A stretch of 64,000 nucleotides of DNA from Alphaproteobacteria bacterium (GCA_030835905.1 JAURQX010000046.1:2288-66287), one strand, 5' to 3'; positions 46,541 through 56,099 are shown, numbered from the stretch's first letter. The notes: generated by a model from the letters alone, not told the origin. A program made the numbers and translations.

Positions 46541-47701
46541 TTATTTTGTAATTAATTCACATATTTTTTTGCTGGCTGCTAAGTCTGCAATTTTGGCACT
46601 ATTGCTAGATAACTCATATAGTTTTTTGTCATTTAATATTAGCTCAGACAATAATCTAGTCAAATTATTAACTGTAAAATCTTTTTCTTCTATAACCTCT
46701 GCTGCTTTGTGTTTAGCAAAAAATTGAGCGTTTTTTAATTGATGATCATCTGCTGACTTAGCAAATGGTATTAATATCATTGGTCTTTTAGCTGCAGATA
46801 ATTCAAAAATAGTAGAGGATCCCGATCTTGCTATGACAAGGTGAGAATCTGCAATCAAACTTGCCATATCCTCAAAAAAATGATTTACAGTCACGCTTAA
46901 GTTGTAAAGTTTATAATTTTCGAAAGTAGATTTCACTAAATCTTTGCGACATTGTTGAAAGATAAACAAATTTTCTTTAAGCGCATCGCTTAAGTTAAAA
47001 AAAGCTTTAGGTAAAATTTCGCTAAATATTTTTGCTCCACCCGATCCACCAATGACGCTTATAATAAAAGGCTCTCTACTAACATTTTGGACATTTTTAA
47101 AATCAGAATGAAGTATTACCCTGTAACCCATTCTATCTTTTGCTTTAACTTTTTTGACTTCTTTAGAAGGTAGCTTATATTCTAAATCATTCAAACTTAT
47201 GATTTCTTGCCTAATTGGATTTCCAGTCAAAAAAACTTTATTTAAATATTTGCTATCAAGACCACTAGTTTTTGGAAAACTTATGGCAATTTTATTGGCA
47301 TATTTAGCGAAAATGCGATTAACTTTTCCTAAATGAGCATTTTGTTCATGAATAATTAATTTAGCGGGTGAAAAAATAGTTGCCAGAGCAATTGGGAAAG
47401 TGGCATATCCACCAAAACAAATTACATATTTTGGCTTTTTTGCAAGAATTAATAATAATGATTTGCTAAATCCTAAAAGAACTTTTGTCAAAAATTTAAT
47501 AATTTCTAAAGGAGATTTTTTAATCTGAGATGATGTGATTTTGCACCTTCTGAAATTCTGATTATTTTTAAAATAATTTAAACAATTTTGATCTCCTAAT
47601 ATAAAAACATCATTTTCCTTGCTAAGCTCGTTTGCAACTGATTTTGCTGGCATTATATGTCCACCAGTACCACCGCTGGCAATAAAAATAATCATTTTCA
47701 A
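46541..47701 (-). CDS. murG: UDP-N-acetylglucosamine--N-acetylmuramyl-(pentapeptide) pyrophosphoryl-undecaprenol GlcNAc transferase
   Basis: ASGGTGGHIMPA start; GT28 architecture. Confidence 0.85.
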   Translation of the reverse strand: MKMIIFIASGGTGGHIMPAKSVANELSKENDVFILGDQNCLNYFKNNQNFRRCKITSSQIKKSPLEIIKFLTKVLLGFSKSLLLILAKKPKYVICFGGYATFPIALATIFSPAKLIIHEQNAHLGKVNRIFAKYANKIAISFPKTSGLDSKYLNKVFLTGNPIRQEIISLNDLEYKLPSKEVKKVKAKDRMGYRVILHSDFKNVQNVSREPFIISVIGGSGGAKIFSEILPKAFFNLSDALKENLFIFQQCRKDLVKSTFENYKLYNLSVTVNHFFEDMASLIADSHLVIARSGSSTIFELSAAKRPMILIPFAKSADDHQLKNAQFFAKHKAAEVIEEKDFTVNNLTRLLSELILNDKKLYELSSNSAKIADLAASKKICELITK

Positions 47702-47802
47702 TTTTATAAGTTTCTCGACAATCTTGGCAAATAATAATCAAAGCATTTTCTTGACAAATCAAGATAATAACAATAAAGCTTTGCCCTTTTTAAAGTTTTT
47801 TT

Positions 47803-48735
47803 ATGAAAATGACTAGGCATTTCATTGATTTAGATCAATTAACAAAAAAAGATATTGATTATATTGTTGATTTATCAATTTCGCTCAAAAAGCAAGATAA
47901 AAATAGCAATAAACAGCTTTTAGGCAAGAATATTGCAGTTATTTTTGAGAAGAGTTCAACTAGAACTCGTGTTTCTTTTGAAGTTGGTATCAATCAGCTT
48001 GGAGGTAGCTCAATTATCATGAATGCTAATGATATGCAGATTAGCAAGGGCGAGATCATATCTGATACTTCTCAAGTTCTATCGCGTTATGTTGACGCTA
48101 TTGTCATTCGCGCCAATTCTCATCAAACAATTTTGGATTTAGCCAAATATGCAAAAGTGCCTGTTATTAATGCCTTGTCTAATTTTTCACATCCTTGTCA
48201 GATAATTGCCTCTATTGTTACCTTCAAAGAAAATTTTGATAATATAAATGATAAAAAAATTGTTTGGTTTGGTGAACAAAATAACGTTTTAAACTCATAT
48301 ATTCATATTGCCAAATTCTTTGAATTTGAGCTTGTAATTTGTAGTCATAGCGACGATGATTTTTGTAAAGATGAGATAATTAAAGCTCAAAAGTCTGGTG
48401 CAAAAATAAACATTATTCAAGATCCAAAACGAGCTGCTAAAAACGCTGATATATTAATCACAGATACTTGGTTTTCAATGGGAGACAAATCACTAGATGA
48501 TGAAAATCTTAAGATGCAAAAAATAAATAAAATGCTACCATATCAGGTTAATAATGAGATTATGGCTTTAGCTAAAAAAGATGCAATTTTTAGCCATTGT
48601 TTGCCGGCATACCGCGGGTTTGAGGTTAGCGCACAAGTTATTGATTCAAAGCAATCTGTAATTTTCGATGAAGCTGAAAATCGTCTTCATGCCCAAAAAG
48701 CTATTCTTCTTTGGCTTTTTAAAGAATCTTGTTGA
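47803..48735 (+). CDS. argF: ornithine carbamoyltransferase
   Basis: STRTR, SHPCQ, DTWFSMG, HCLPA motifs. Confidence 0.85.
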   Translation: MKMTRHFIDLDQLTKKDIDYIVDLSISLKKQDKNSNKQLLGKNIAVIFEKSSTRTRVSFEVGINQLGGSSIIMNANDMQISKGEIISDTSQVLSRYVDAIVIRANSHQTILDLAKYAKVPVINALSNFSHPCQIIASIVTFKENFDNINDKKIVWFGEQNNVLNSYIHIAKFFEFELVICSHSDDDFCKDEIIKAQKSGAKINIIQDPKRAAKNADILITDTWFSMGDKSLDDENLKMQKINKMLPYQVNNEIMALAKKDAIFSHCLPAYRGFEVSAQVIDSKQSVIFDEAENRLHAQKAILLWLFKESC

Positions 48736-48985
48736 CAATATTTAATGCATTTCTAAACTCACGCGTCCATTTTATAAAATTTTGGAGTGTAGCTTTGTAC
48801 CAAAACTTAAATCTTTTATCATTTTGGTAAAAATTAATATTTCTCAAAGTCTTTAGTGCCTTTAATAAAAAGACTTACCGAAACATCAATTTTTTCTCAA
48901 AAATATTTTGATTAAAAGATCAATAGATTTAAGCTTTGGTATAGTTAGTTGCCTCGCATTTAATAAATACTTTAGAAATTTTTCG

Positions 48986-49456
48986 ATGAATAAAACTTAT
49001 ACTTGCAAACCAAGCGAAGTAAAAAAAGATTGGTGGTTGATTGATGCTCAAGGTTTAGTTCTTGGCAGGGTAGCTTCTATAATTGCCAATATTTTGCGTG
49101 GCAAGCACAAGCCTACTTTTACACCAAATCTTGACTGTGGTGATCATGTGGTTGTTATCAATGCTGATAAAATTGCTCTTACGGGCAAAAAATTTGCTAA
49201 CAAAAAATATTACTGGCACACAGGATATCCAGGAGGTATCAAAGATCGTACTGCACGTCAAATAATTGAAGGTAATTTTCCAGAAAGAGTTTTAGAGGCT
49301 GCAGTTTCAAGAATGATGTCTCGTGGACCTCTTCAAAGAGATATTATGACTAAACTTCATATTTATAAAGGCACTGAACATAAGCACCAAGGTCAAACTC
49401 CAAAAGTTTTAGACATTGCCAAGATGAACAGAAAAAATTCAATAACCAATAACTAA
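48986..49456 (+). CDS. rplM: 50S ribosomal protein L13
   Basis: [19 protein letters not shown]; start moved to the Met giving MNKTYTCKP. Confidence 0.9.
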   Translation: MNKTYTCKPSEVKKDWWLIDAQGLVLGRVASIIANILRGKHKPTFTPNLDCGDHVVVINADKIALTGKKFANKKYYWHTGYPGGIKDRTARQIIEGNFPERVLEAAVSRMMSRGPLQRDIMTKLHIYKGTEHKHQGQTPKVLDIAKMNRKNSITNN

Positions 49457-49457
49457 T

Positions 49458-49919
49458 ATGTCACAAATTCAAGAACAGTTATCAAATCAGTTATCATCGA
49501 TTAAAAACGAAGAAAAGCCAAAAATTGACTCTCTTGGTAGAGCATATGGAACCGGCAAAAGAAAAAACGCTATTGCCAGAGTTTGGATTAAAAAAGGTAA
49601 TGGCAAAATTACTGTGAATGGCAAAGAGGCTAGGGGTTATTTTGGTCGCGAAATTCTCTTCAATGTCTCTAAAGAGCCATTTGTTGCAACAAAATTTGAA
49701 GATAAATTTGATGTTGTTGCTACCTTATGCGGTGGTGGTCTTGGTGGTCAAGCTGGTGCGCTAGCTCATGGAATTAGCAAAGCGCTTGCAGCTTTTGATC
49801 CAGAAATTAGACCAGTATTAAGAACACAAGGTTTCTTGACTAGAGATTCTAGAGTTGTTGAGAGAAAGAAATACGGACTTAAGAAGGCTCGTAAAGGCAA
49901 GACTTACCGCAAACGTTAA
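49458..49919 (+). CDS. rpsI: 30S ribosomal protein S9
   Basis: [12 protein letters not shown]... C-terminal [12 protein letters not shown]. Confidence 0.95.
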   Translation: MSQIQEQLSNQLSSIKNEEKPKIDSLGRAYGTGKRKNAIARVWIKKGNGKITVNGKEARGYFGREILFNVSKEPFVATKFEDKFDVVATLCGGGLGGQAGALAHGISKALAAFDPEIRPVLRTQGFLTRDSRVVERKKYGLKKARKGKTYRKR

Positions 49920-49929
49920 TTTTAACTGC

Positions 49930-50014
49930 GAAATTTTCCTTTTATTCTTTGTTTCTTGAGTTCGAGGTATTAGTCTACATCAAACTCAAGAAACAAACTT
50001 AAAAGAAAATTTTC
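49930..50014 (+). terminator. long imperfect hairpin (~32-bp stem, 19-nt loop) after rpsI
   Basis: gaaaattttccttttattctttgtttcttgagtt ... aaactcaagaaacaaacttaaaagaaaattttc. Confidence 0.5.
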
Positions 50015-50302
50015 TTTGTTAAAATTCTTAATTTACTCTATTTGTTTAGCTTATTTTAATTTTTAATATAAATGATATTTAGTTGAGTATTTAGTTGTGA
50101 TATCTACCTGAATTTTAGTTAATTGCTGGGTTTAGCGTTAAACATTCCCCTCTTTTAGAGTGGTGCCCCGCAGGGGTGGGGTGTAAATATCAGTAAACTC
50201 AGAGTTTTTAGAGGGTCGGGGTGTGTCTCTCAACAAATTCCAAGCTTTTAAAAGAAGTGGAGTGTGATTATCCAAGAAATATATATAACTTACCAAAATT
50301 AA

Positions 50303-50752
50303 GTGACAATTAAGCCAATCAACAAAATCTATATTGCTTCAGATCATGCAGGATTTGATCTTAAATCATTCTTAAAAGAATCGCTCGCAAAAAATTTTGA
50401 AATTATTGATTTGGGCTGTAATTCAGCTGAAATTTCAGTTGACTATCCTGATTATGCAAAAATTTTATGTAAAAAAATAAATCCCAACAAAGACTTTGGA
50501 ATTTTAATTTGCGGTAGTGGAATTGGCGTATCAATTGCAGCAAATAGATTTAAAAATATTCGTGCTGCACTTTGCTTTGATGAAGAAGTAGCAAAGCTAT
50601 CTCGCTTACATAATGACGCAAATGTTTTATGCCTAGGTGCCAGATTTTTAAATAATCAACAATCCCTAAAAATATGCCAAGCATTCTTAAAAACTAATTT
50701 TGAGAAAGGCCGGCACCAAATTAGATTAGATAAAATCAATAATCTAACCTAA
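50303..50752 (+). CDS. rpiB: ribose 5-phosphate isomerase B
   Basis: GTG start; ASDHAGF, CGSGIGVSIAANR, RfaB/LacAB fold length. Confidence 0.85.
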   Translation: MTIKPINKIYIASDHAGFDLKSFLKESLAKNFEIIDLGCNSAEISVDYPDYAKILCKKINPNKDFGILICGSGIGVSIAANRFKNIRAALCFDEEVAKLSRLHNDANVLCLGARFLNNQQSLKICQAFLKTNFEKGRHQIRLDKINNLT

Positions 50753-50852
50753 TTAAAAGACTGTCAAGCTAAGTTTGTAAGTGCTATAGACAAAAAAGAT
50801 TGGCAACTCAATCCACTCAAGATGCCATAAATTAATTTAAAACTACTCTAAG

Positions 50853-51569
50853 ATGCTTGTAGAGAAAAGACTGATTAGGAGCTTTGGCCGAATAAAATCT
50901 CGAAAATTATCTAGCCATAAAAACGAACTGTTACTAAATTTTTATCCAACATATCATTTAGATGTCACAAAACTTTTGGATAAAAGTTTTTTACAAAGAT
51001 TTTCACAAATAATTTTGGAAATAGGCTTTGGCTATGGTGGCTTTTTATTCAAAATGGCCAAAAATAATCCGCAAAATCTCTATATCGGCTGCGAACCTCA
51101 TCTTAACGGTATGATCAATATTTTAAGCAAATTAGAGAATGATCCACTACAAAACATATTGCTATTAAATAATGATTTTAGGTTTTTGGCAAAAGATTTG
51201 CTAAAAAATTCGCCTAATTGTGAAATTTTTAACCAAATTTTTATCTTATTTCCTGATCCTTGGCCAAAGTTAAAACATCACAAGAGGCGCTTAATTAACC
51301 AAGAATTCTTGGATAATATTTTGCATCCTCTATTACTAAAAACAGCCCATAACAAAATAAATGACTCACCATTGGTAATTGCTACAGATCACGATGATTA
51401 CAAAACATGGATCTTGTCAAATATTTTAAAAAGTAATAAATTTGCTTGGGAAGCGCAAACACAAAATGATTGGCTAGAATTTCCAGATTATTGGCATAAA
51501 ACTAAATATCAAAAAAAAGCCACTCTTGAAGGGCGAGAATCAATAATTATAAAATTATGTCAGATTTAG
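50853..51569 (+). CDS. trmB: tRNA (guanine-N7)-methyltransferase
   Basis: EIGFGYG, FPDPWPKLKHHKRRL. Confidence 0.85.
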   Translation: MLVEKRLIRSFGRIKSRKLSSHKNELLLNFYPTYHLDVTKLLDKSFLQRFSQIILEIGFGYGGFLFKMAKNNPQNLYIGCEPHLNGMINILSKLENDPLQNILLLNNDFRFLAKDLLKNSPNCEIFNQIFILFPDPWPKLKHHKRRLINQEFLDNILHPLLLKTAHNKINDSPLVIATDHDDYKTWILSNILKSNKFAWEAQTQNDWLEFPDYWHKTKYQKKATLEGRESIIIKLCQI

Positions 51570-52474
51570 TAAATATTTTACCCAAAGTTAGTGGCTCTTA
51601 TCGTTACAATTCGCTAATCAAAAACTGGTTTGACACCAAAACTACTGCAGAAGTGATTTTTAAACCAAAAGATCAAGATGATATAATTAATTTTCTAAAA
51701 AATTTTCATAAAAAAGATTTAATAAAAATTATTGGCGCTACTTCAAATATAGTTTTTCAAAATGAGTTGGTCAAAGGTGTTATCATAAAGCTACCTGCTA
51801 GTTTTGCTGGTTTAGAAATTGTTGAAGATGATATTTTAAATGTTGGCGGTGCCAATTTATGTAAAAATGTTACTAATTTTTTATTAGAAAATTCCTTATC
51901 TAACCTAGAATTTTTAACTGGCATACCAGGTTCAATTGGCGGTGCAGTTGCTATGAATGCTGGTTGCTATGGATCAAAAATCAAAGATTTTTTAATTAGT
52001 GCCACTGCTATTGACTTAAATGGCAATCTTCATCAATTTTCTAATCAAGATTTCGGTTTTTTTTATCGTGGTAGCAATTTAGTAAGAGAAAGAGGCCAAG
52101 AGCTAATTTTTATTTCAGCCAAGTTTAAATGTGCCAAAAATTGTCAATCAGAAATTGCTAAAAAAATTGCCGAATTTAATCAAAAACGCGAAGAATCTCA
52201 GCCAATTAGAGCCAAAACTGGTGGTAGCACCTTTAAAAATCCAGCAAACTCTGATAAAAAAGCTTGGCAATTAATTGATGAGGCGGGTTGCCGTGGCCTA
52301 AAAGTTGGTGATGCCCAAATCTCGACAAAACATTGCAATTTTTTAATTAACACTGGAAATGCTACTGGTCAAGATATAGTTGATCTTATTAAGATGGTTC
52401 AAGATAGGGTAAAATTAACATCAAAAATTAAACTTGAAACAGAGTTAAAAATATTCAATTTGCCACCTAACTAA
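51557..52474 (+). CDS. murB: UDP-N-acetylenolpyruvoylglucosamine reductase
   Basis: FAD-binding PCMH domain, GIPGSIGGAVAMNAG, GGSTFKNP. Confidence 0.9.
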   Translation: MSDLVNILPKVSGSYRYNSLIKNWFDTKTTAEVIFKPKDQDDIINFLKNFHKKDLIKIIGATSNIVFQNELVKGVIIKLPASFAGLEIVEDDILNVGGANLCKNVTNFLLENSLSNLEFLTGIPGSIGGAVAMNAGCYGSKIKDFLISATAIDLNGNLHQFSNQDFGFFYRGSNLVRERGQELIFISAKFKCAKNCQSEIAKKIAEFNQKREESQPIRAKTGGSTFKNPANSDKKAWQLIDEAGCRGLKVGDAQISTKHCNFLINTGNATGQDIVDLIKMVQDRVKLTSKIKLETELKIFNLPPN

Positions 52475-52785
52475 TGCCAAAATTCACCTTTGGGCGCAGT
52501 TGGATAAAGGATTTTGAGGATCAACTTTAAGAGAAAAATTGCGCGAATAAAGATATGCAAAAGGTTTTCTTCTAAATTCTAGACAAAAAAAGGCAAATTC
52601 CAAATGTGCACTAGAGATGAATTTTGTTATAATATTATGATATATATAATATATTCTATTGTCTTTTATTTTTTTTACTGTATAAAAAAAGATGTTTTTA
52701 TTAAGATTTATTAATAAAAAAGTTTAGTAAATTTGGTTGCTTATAAATCATAAGTATCTTTTTTTAAAATTTTAAATTACACAAA

Positions 52786-53244
52786 ATGCCAGTTAAAATA
52801 TATAAAATAATTAATTCTCTTTTCTTATCATCTCTTGCTACGTGTCTATTTTTAGTGCTAGCTACTACAAAATCTTTTGCTGCTGATACAGGATGTACCT
52901 ATACTTCCTCTCCATTATCATGTACTGGAAATGGAGATATTACATGTGCTTTCGATGGGAAAGGAACTCTAGATGCTAACTGTAAAGTAATGAAAAATGC
53001 TTTTGAAACAACTTTGTGCAACTTGCTAAATTTGGTAACTGGCACTGGTGGAAAAGCATTTGCTGCATTTGCAATTATCTCAGTTGGCATAGGTTTTTTC
53101 ACTGGTAAGGTATCTTGGGGTTTAATGATTGGTGTAGCCGCAGGTATAGCCGCGATATTTGGAGCTCCTACAATCGTTCAGGCTCTAGCAGGAGGTAGCA
53201 AACTAGATGCTGATAGTTGTAAAGGAACTGTTGACGATTTATAA
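52786..53244 (+). CDS. virB2: VirB2/TrbC-family type IV secretion pilin, paralog 1
   Basis: Signal peptide ending SFA. The core LCNLLNLVTGTGGKAFAAFAIISVGIGFFTGKVSWGLMIGVAAGIAAIFGAPTIVQALAGG aligns with the Agrobacterium VirB2 core (ICTFILGPFGQSLAVLGIVAIGISWMFGRASLGLVAGVVGGIVIMFGA...TLTGG, recalled). Confidence 0.75.
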   Translation: MPVKIYKIINSLFLSSLATCLFLVLATTKSFAADTGCTYTSSPLSCTGNGDITCAFDGKGTLDANCKVMKNAFETTLCNLLNLVTGTGGKAFAAFAIISVGIGFFTGKVSWGLMIGVAAGIAAIFGAPTIVQALAGGSKLDADSCKGTVDDL

Positions 53245-53255
53245 TTTAGTTCTAC

Positions 53256-53285
53256 ACGTGCTGGATTATTAGACATCCAGCACGT
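53256..53285 (+). terminator. rho-independent-type terminator between the two virB2 paralogs
   Basis: 11-bp stem acgtgctggat / atccagcacgt, 8-nt loop, followed by ttactttt. Confidence 0.6.
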
Positions 53286-53438
53286 TTACTTTTAATTAGT
53301 TATCATTTTTTGACTTCAATAATCCTTTAATTATTTTTTTGGTAAATTACTCGTTTGCTAAACTATATTTTATTCTAGAAAGCTAGTCATCGACTTATAC
53401 TTTGTTGCTGTCTACCTATTATTAATAAAAATATCGTC

Positions 53439-53924
53439 GTGATAGTAAGAAACTTTTCAATCTTGCACCTTTGTTTTGTAATTCTTCTAATAATTCCATT
53501 TCATGATTCTCAAGCTGCCCTTAACTGCTCTGCAAAAAGAACAAAGAACAGCTGCAATACACTTGCTCAAAGTATGACCGCAAGAGATGAAGAAACATGT
53601 ATATGGACTAACGCTCGGCGCAATAAAGGAAATTTTTGCAGAAATACTTCTAATACTAATTATGATCAAGCAGCAGGCAATGCATTTGAAGTATCTATTT
53701 GCAATCTTTTGCGCATGGTCACAGGGACTGGTGGTAGAGCCTTTGCCGCTTTTGCTATTATTTCTGTTGGCATTGGCTTTTTTACCGGCAAGGTCTCTTG
53801 GGGTTTGATGATAGGTGTGGCTGCAGGAGTTGCTGCCATATTTGGAGCGCCTACAGTTGTTCAGGCTCTAGCAGGAGGTAGCAAGTTAAATGCTGATAGT
53901 TGTTCAAGTCAATTAACTAACTAA
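53439..53924 (+). CDS. virB2: VirB2/TrbC-family type IV secretion pilin, paralog 2
   Basis: GTG start; signal peptide ending SQA; same hydrophobic core as paralog 1 (9 differences in 74 aligned residues by hand); unrelated Cys-rich N-terminal part. Confidence 0.75.
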   Translation: MIVRNFSILHLCFVILLIIPFHDSQAALNCSAKRTKNSCNTLAQSMTARDEETCIWTNARRNKGNFCRNTSNTNYDQAAGNAFEVSICNLLRMVTGTGGRAFAAFAIISVGIGFFTGKVSWGLMIGVAAGVAAIFGAPTVVQALAGGSKLNADSCSSQLTN

Positions 53925-54365
53925 TATTTATAAGAGAGTCTAAATTTAAATGATACCTTCTAAACTAATTGTCTTTTTACAAATACCGCCTTCACTAAAT
54001 CTTTTTAGCATTTGGTATTAAGGATGCTTTAAAATATGGCTAATAAAATTAAAAAACTCATAAAAAAATATTGTAGAAATTAATTCCTTATTTTATAATT
54101 TCTTTTTGATTCAGCAGTGCTTAAATTGTACGCATTTTACAAGATCTTAAATAACAATATACTTAATAAGGAGTAAAAAATAATTTATATTTTCTTCTAA
54201 TTGTTAGAGTTTTTAACAGATTAGGGCTTTAAGCTTATATCTGCTCTTATTTAGATATTGAAATATTTCTTAAAATTTGCCCGCTAAATCGAGTAACGCT
54301 TAAAAATTTTTTTGCAATTTATTAGCAGATTTTAATAGAGCTAATTATTATAAATTTAACAAGAT

Positions 54366-54731
54366 ATGTCTAACAAATGTGATTTACTTAATGTAGGTGT
54401 TGCCACTGGCAACAATGTTTCGCATTCAAATCGTAAAACTCGCAGAAGATTTTTACCTAACTTGAAAGAGATAGCTTTCCAAAGTGATGTCTTGGGAGTT
54501 GCTGTAAAGTTAAAAGTTGCAACTTCAACCTTGCGTACTATCAATAAATATGGTAATATTGACGCATTTTTGGTTAATTTTAGATTTGCAAAATTATCAC
54601 CCCTAGCACAAAAGCTAAGAGGAAAAATTAAAAAGAAGCTAATAAAAAAAGGTGAGCTCGATACTGTAAAAATTACCAAAGAACCAAAAAAACTTACAGA
54701 AAACAAGAGCAAAAAAGTTAAGACAGCTTAA
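54366..54731 (+). CDS. rpmB: 50S ribosomal protein L28 with a Lys-rich C-terminal extension
   Basis: GNNVSHSNRKTRRRFLPNL motif. Confidence 0.9.
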   Translation: MSNKCDLLNVGVATGNNVSHSNRKTRRRFLPNLKEIAFQSDVLGVAVKLKVATSTLRTINKYGNIDAFLVNFRFAKLSPLAQKLRGKIKKKLIKKGELDTVKITKEPKKLTENKSKKVKTA

Positions 54732-54815
54732 TATATTGCTTAACTAATGATGTCATTTCTCTCTTCAAAATTGGTAGATATTGGTTAGATTTTAACTTCC
54801 TCTTTTTGTTAAATG

Positions 54816-54902
54816 AAAAAATAATTGCTAATTAATGATTTAAAAGATTGCTAACTTTTTAAATTGATTAAATCTTCCTCAAGCTGTTTGAACATAGCTT
54901 GC
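54816..54902. repeat. family-2-like hairpin repeat, divergent copy
   Basis: aaaaaataattgc identical to 16531-16543, then taattaatgatttaaaa...ttttaaattgattaaatcttcctcaagc. Confidence 0.5.
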
Positions 54903-54952
54903 ATTTTTCACAATTTTATTCTCAAAAATATTTTATCTAAATGGCTAACTAA

Positions 54953-55118
54953 CTAATACCAAATCCCATCTATAATTCTATATAGATAAAAAGTATTTTT
55001 ATGGGAAAAATTATTAAAAAATTTAGCCTTGTATCTTGATATACATGGATAAATTTTTTAATAATTTTTGACTAAAAGGACGAAGTAGTTATATAGAATT
55101 ATAGATGGGATTTGCTAT
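54953..55118. repeat. family-1 long palindromic (RPE-like) element, copy C, with both termini intact
   Basis: Terminal inverted repeats aaatcccatctataattctatata (54961-54984) and tatatagaattatagatgggattt (55090-55113). The inner 20-bp arms aaaaattattaaaaaattta / taaattttttaataattttt are also reverse complements. Confidence 0.8.
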
Positions 55119-55148
55119 AAATAAATAGGATAATTGCTATAGAAAATA

Positions 55149-56099
55149 TTAAAGCCACTTTTTTCTCTTAAAAACAATAATTGTAATTAATGAAGAAAGC
55201 GCCATTAAGCCAATGGCTATCGGGTAGCCAAAAGCAAAATTAAGTTCAGGCATAAATTTAAAATTCATACCATAGGCACTAGCAATTAGAGTAGGTGGCA
55301 TAAAGGTCAACGAAGCAACCGTGAAAAGCTTAATTGCCTTATTTTGTTCGATGTTAATTAATCCAAGAAAGCTGTTTTGTAGGTATTCAAGACGAGTAAA
55401 ATTAAAATTAGTGTGTTCGATTAATGAATTAATATCTTTAATCATAGTTCGTAGACGATTATAATTTTCAGTCATAAGATCTTCATTGCGATGTAATGAT
55501 GTTATAACTCTTTGTTTATCAAATAAGCCCTCTCTTAAAGACATGGTAAGCTGCTGACATCTGCTAATTCTATGGATTGTTTCTTCATCGAGATTTTTAC
55601 TGTAGCTAAGATTTTTATTAATTTCAGAGATATATCTTGAGACTGATTCGATCAAGTCAGCATCAAAATCAATTCTAGACTCTAAAATACTGATAAAAAG
55701 TCTAGAAGGATTGTTAAAAATAGCTGGAAATTGTTTAATTTTTTTCACAGTTTCAACCATAACTCTGCTTTCGCAATATCTTAGGGTAAAAAGTCTTTTG
55801 CTTGTTACCATAAAAGAGAAGTCATGTTCTTCAAGCTTACCACTTCTTGGAATGATGTTTAAGAAAGTAGAGTTAATTTTTATGATGCCTGAATCTTCAA
55901 GATAACGAGAAGAGATTTCAATTTCTTCTTGCTGCTGCCTCGTTGGAAATTTAATATTAAAAAACTTTTCAACCTCTACAATTTCAGCTGTAGACGGCTC
56001 TTGCAGGTCAATCCAAATTGCATTCTCAAGATCAGTAATCTCGGTGAGTGTGGTAGCTTTTTGCTGCTCGTAATCTGGTAAATGAAAGACTCTAATCAT
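55149..56099 (-). CDS. corA: magnesium/cobalt transporter CorA
   Basis: YGMNF (GMN) motif before the last TM helix; 316 aa. Confidence 0.9.
   Translation of the reverse strand: MIRVFHLPDYEQQKATTLTEITDLENAIWIDLQEPSTAEIVEVEKFFNIKFPTRQQQEEIEISSRYLEDSGIIKINSTFLNIIPRSGKLEEHDFSFMVTSKRLFTLRYCESRVMVETVKKIKQFPAIFNNPSRLFISILESRIDFDADLIESVSRYISEINKNLSYSKNLDEETIHRISRCQQLTMSLREGLFDKQRVITSLHRNEDLMTENYNRLRTMIKDINSLIEHTNFNFTRLEYLQNSFLGLINIEQNKAIKLFTVASLTFMPPTLIASAYGMNFKFMPELNFAFGYPIAIGLMALSSLITIIVFKRKKWL

Noticed and set aside
48861-48890. Similarity between aagacttaccgaaac upstream of rplM and the rpsI 3' end (aagacttaccgcaaac at about 49899)
   Set aside because: An 11-mer match is expected many times by chance among all pairs in 64 kb, and no extended alignment exists.
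50160-50185. tggtgccccgc, which on the minus strand reads GCGGGGCACCA like a tRNA 3' acceptor end
   Set aside because: The adjacent 17 nt cannot form a T-arm, there is no GTTCRANYC-like loop, and no D or anticodon arm could be found. It is not a tRNA or a recognisable tRNA fragment.
50145-50266. Possible mini-CRISPR (three repeat-like units)
   Set aside because: The units are short and degenerate, there are only three, the repeat parts are not identical, and there are no cas genes. It is reported instead as an unexplained G-rich repeat.
54356-54712. 118-aa ORF antisense to rpmB
   Set aside because: The plus-strand frame encodes an unmistakable L28 (SHSNRKTRRRFLPNL). The antisense frame is hydrophobic low-complexity sequence.
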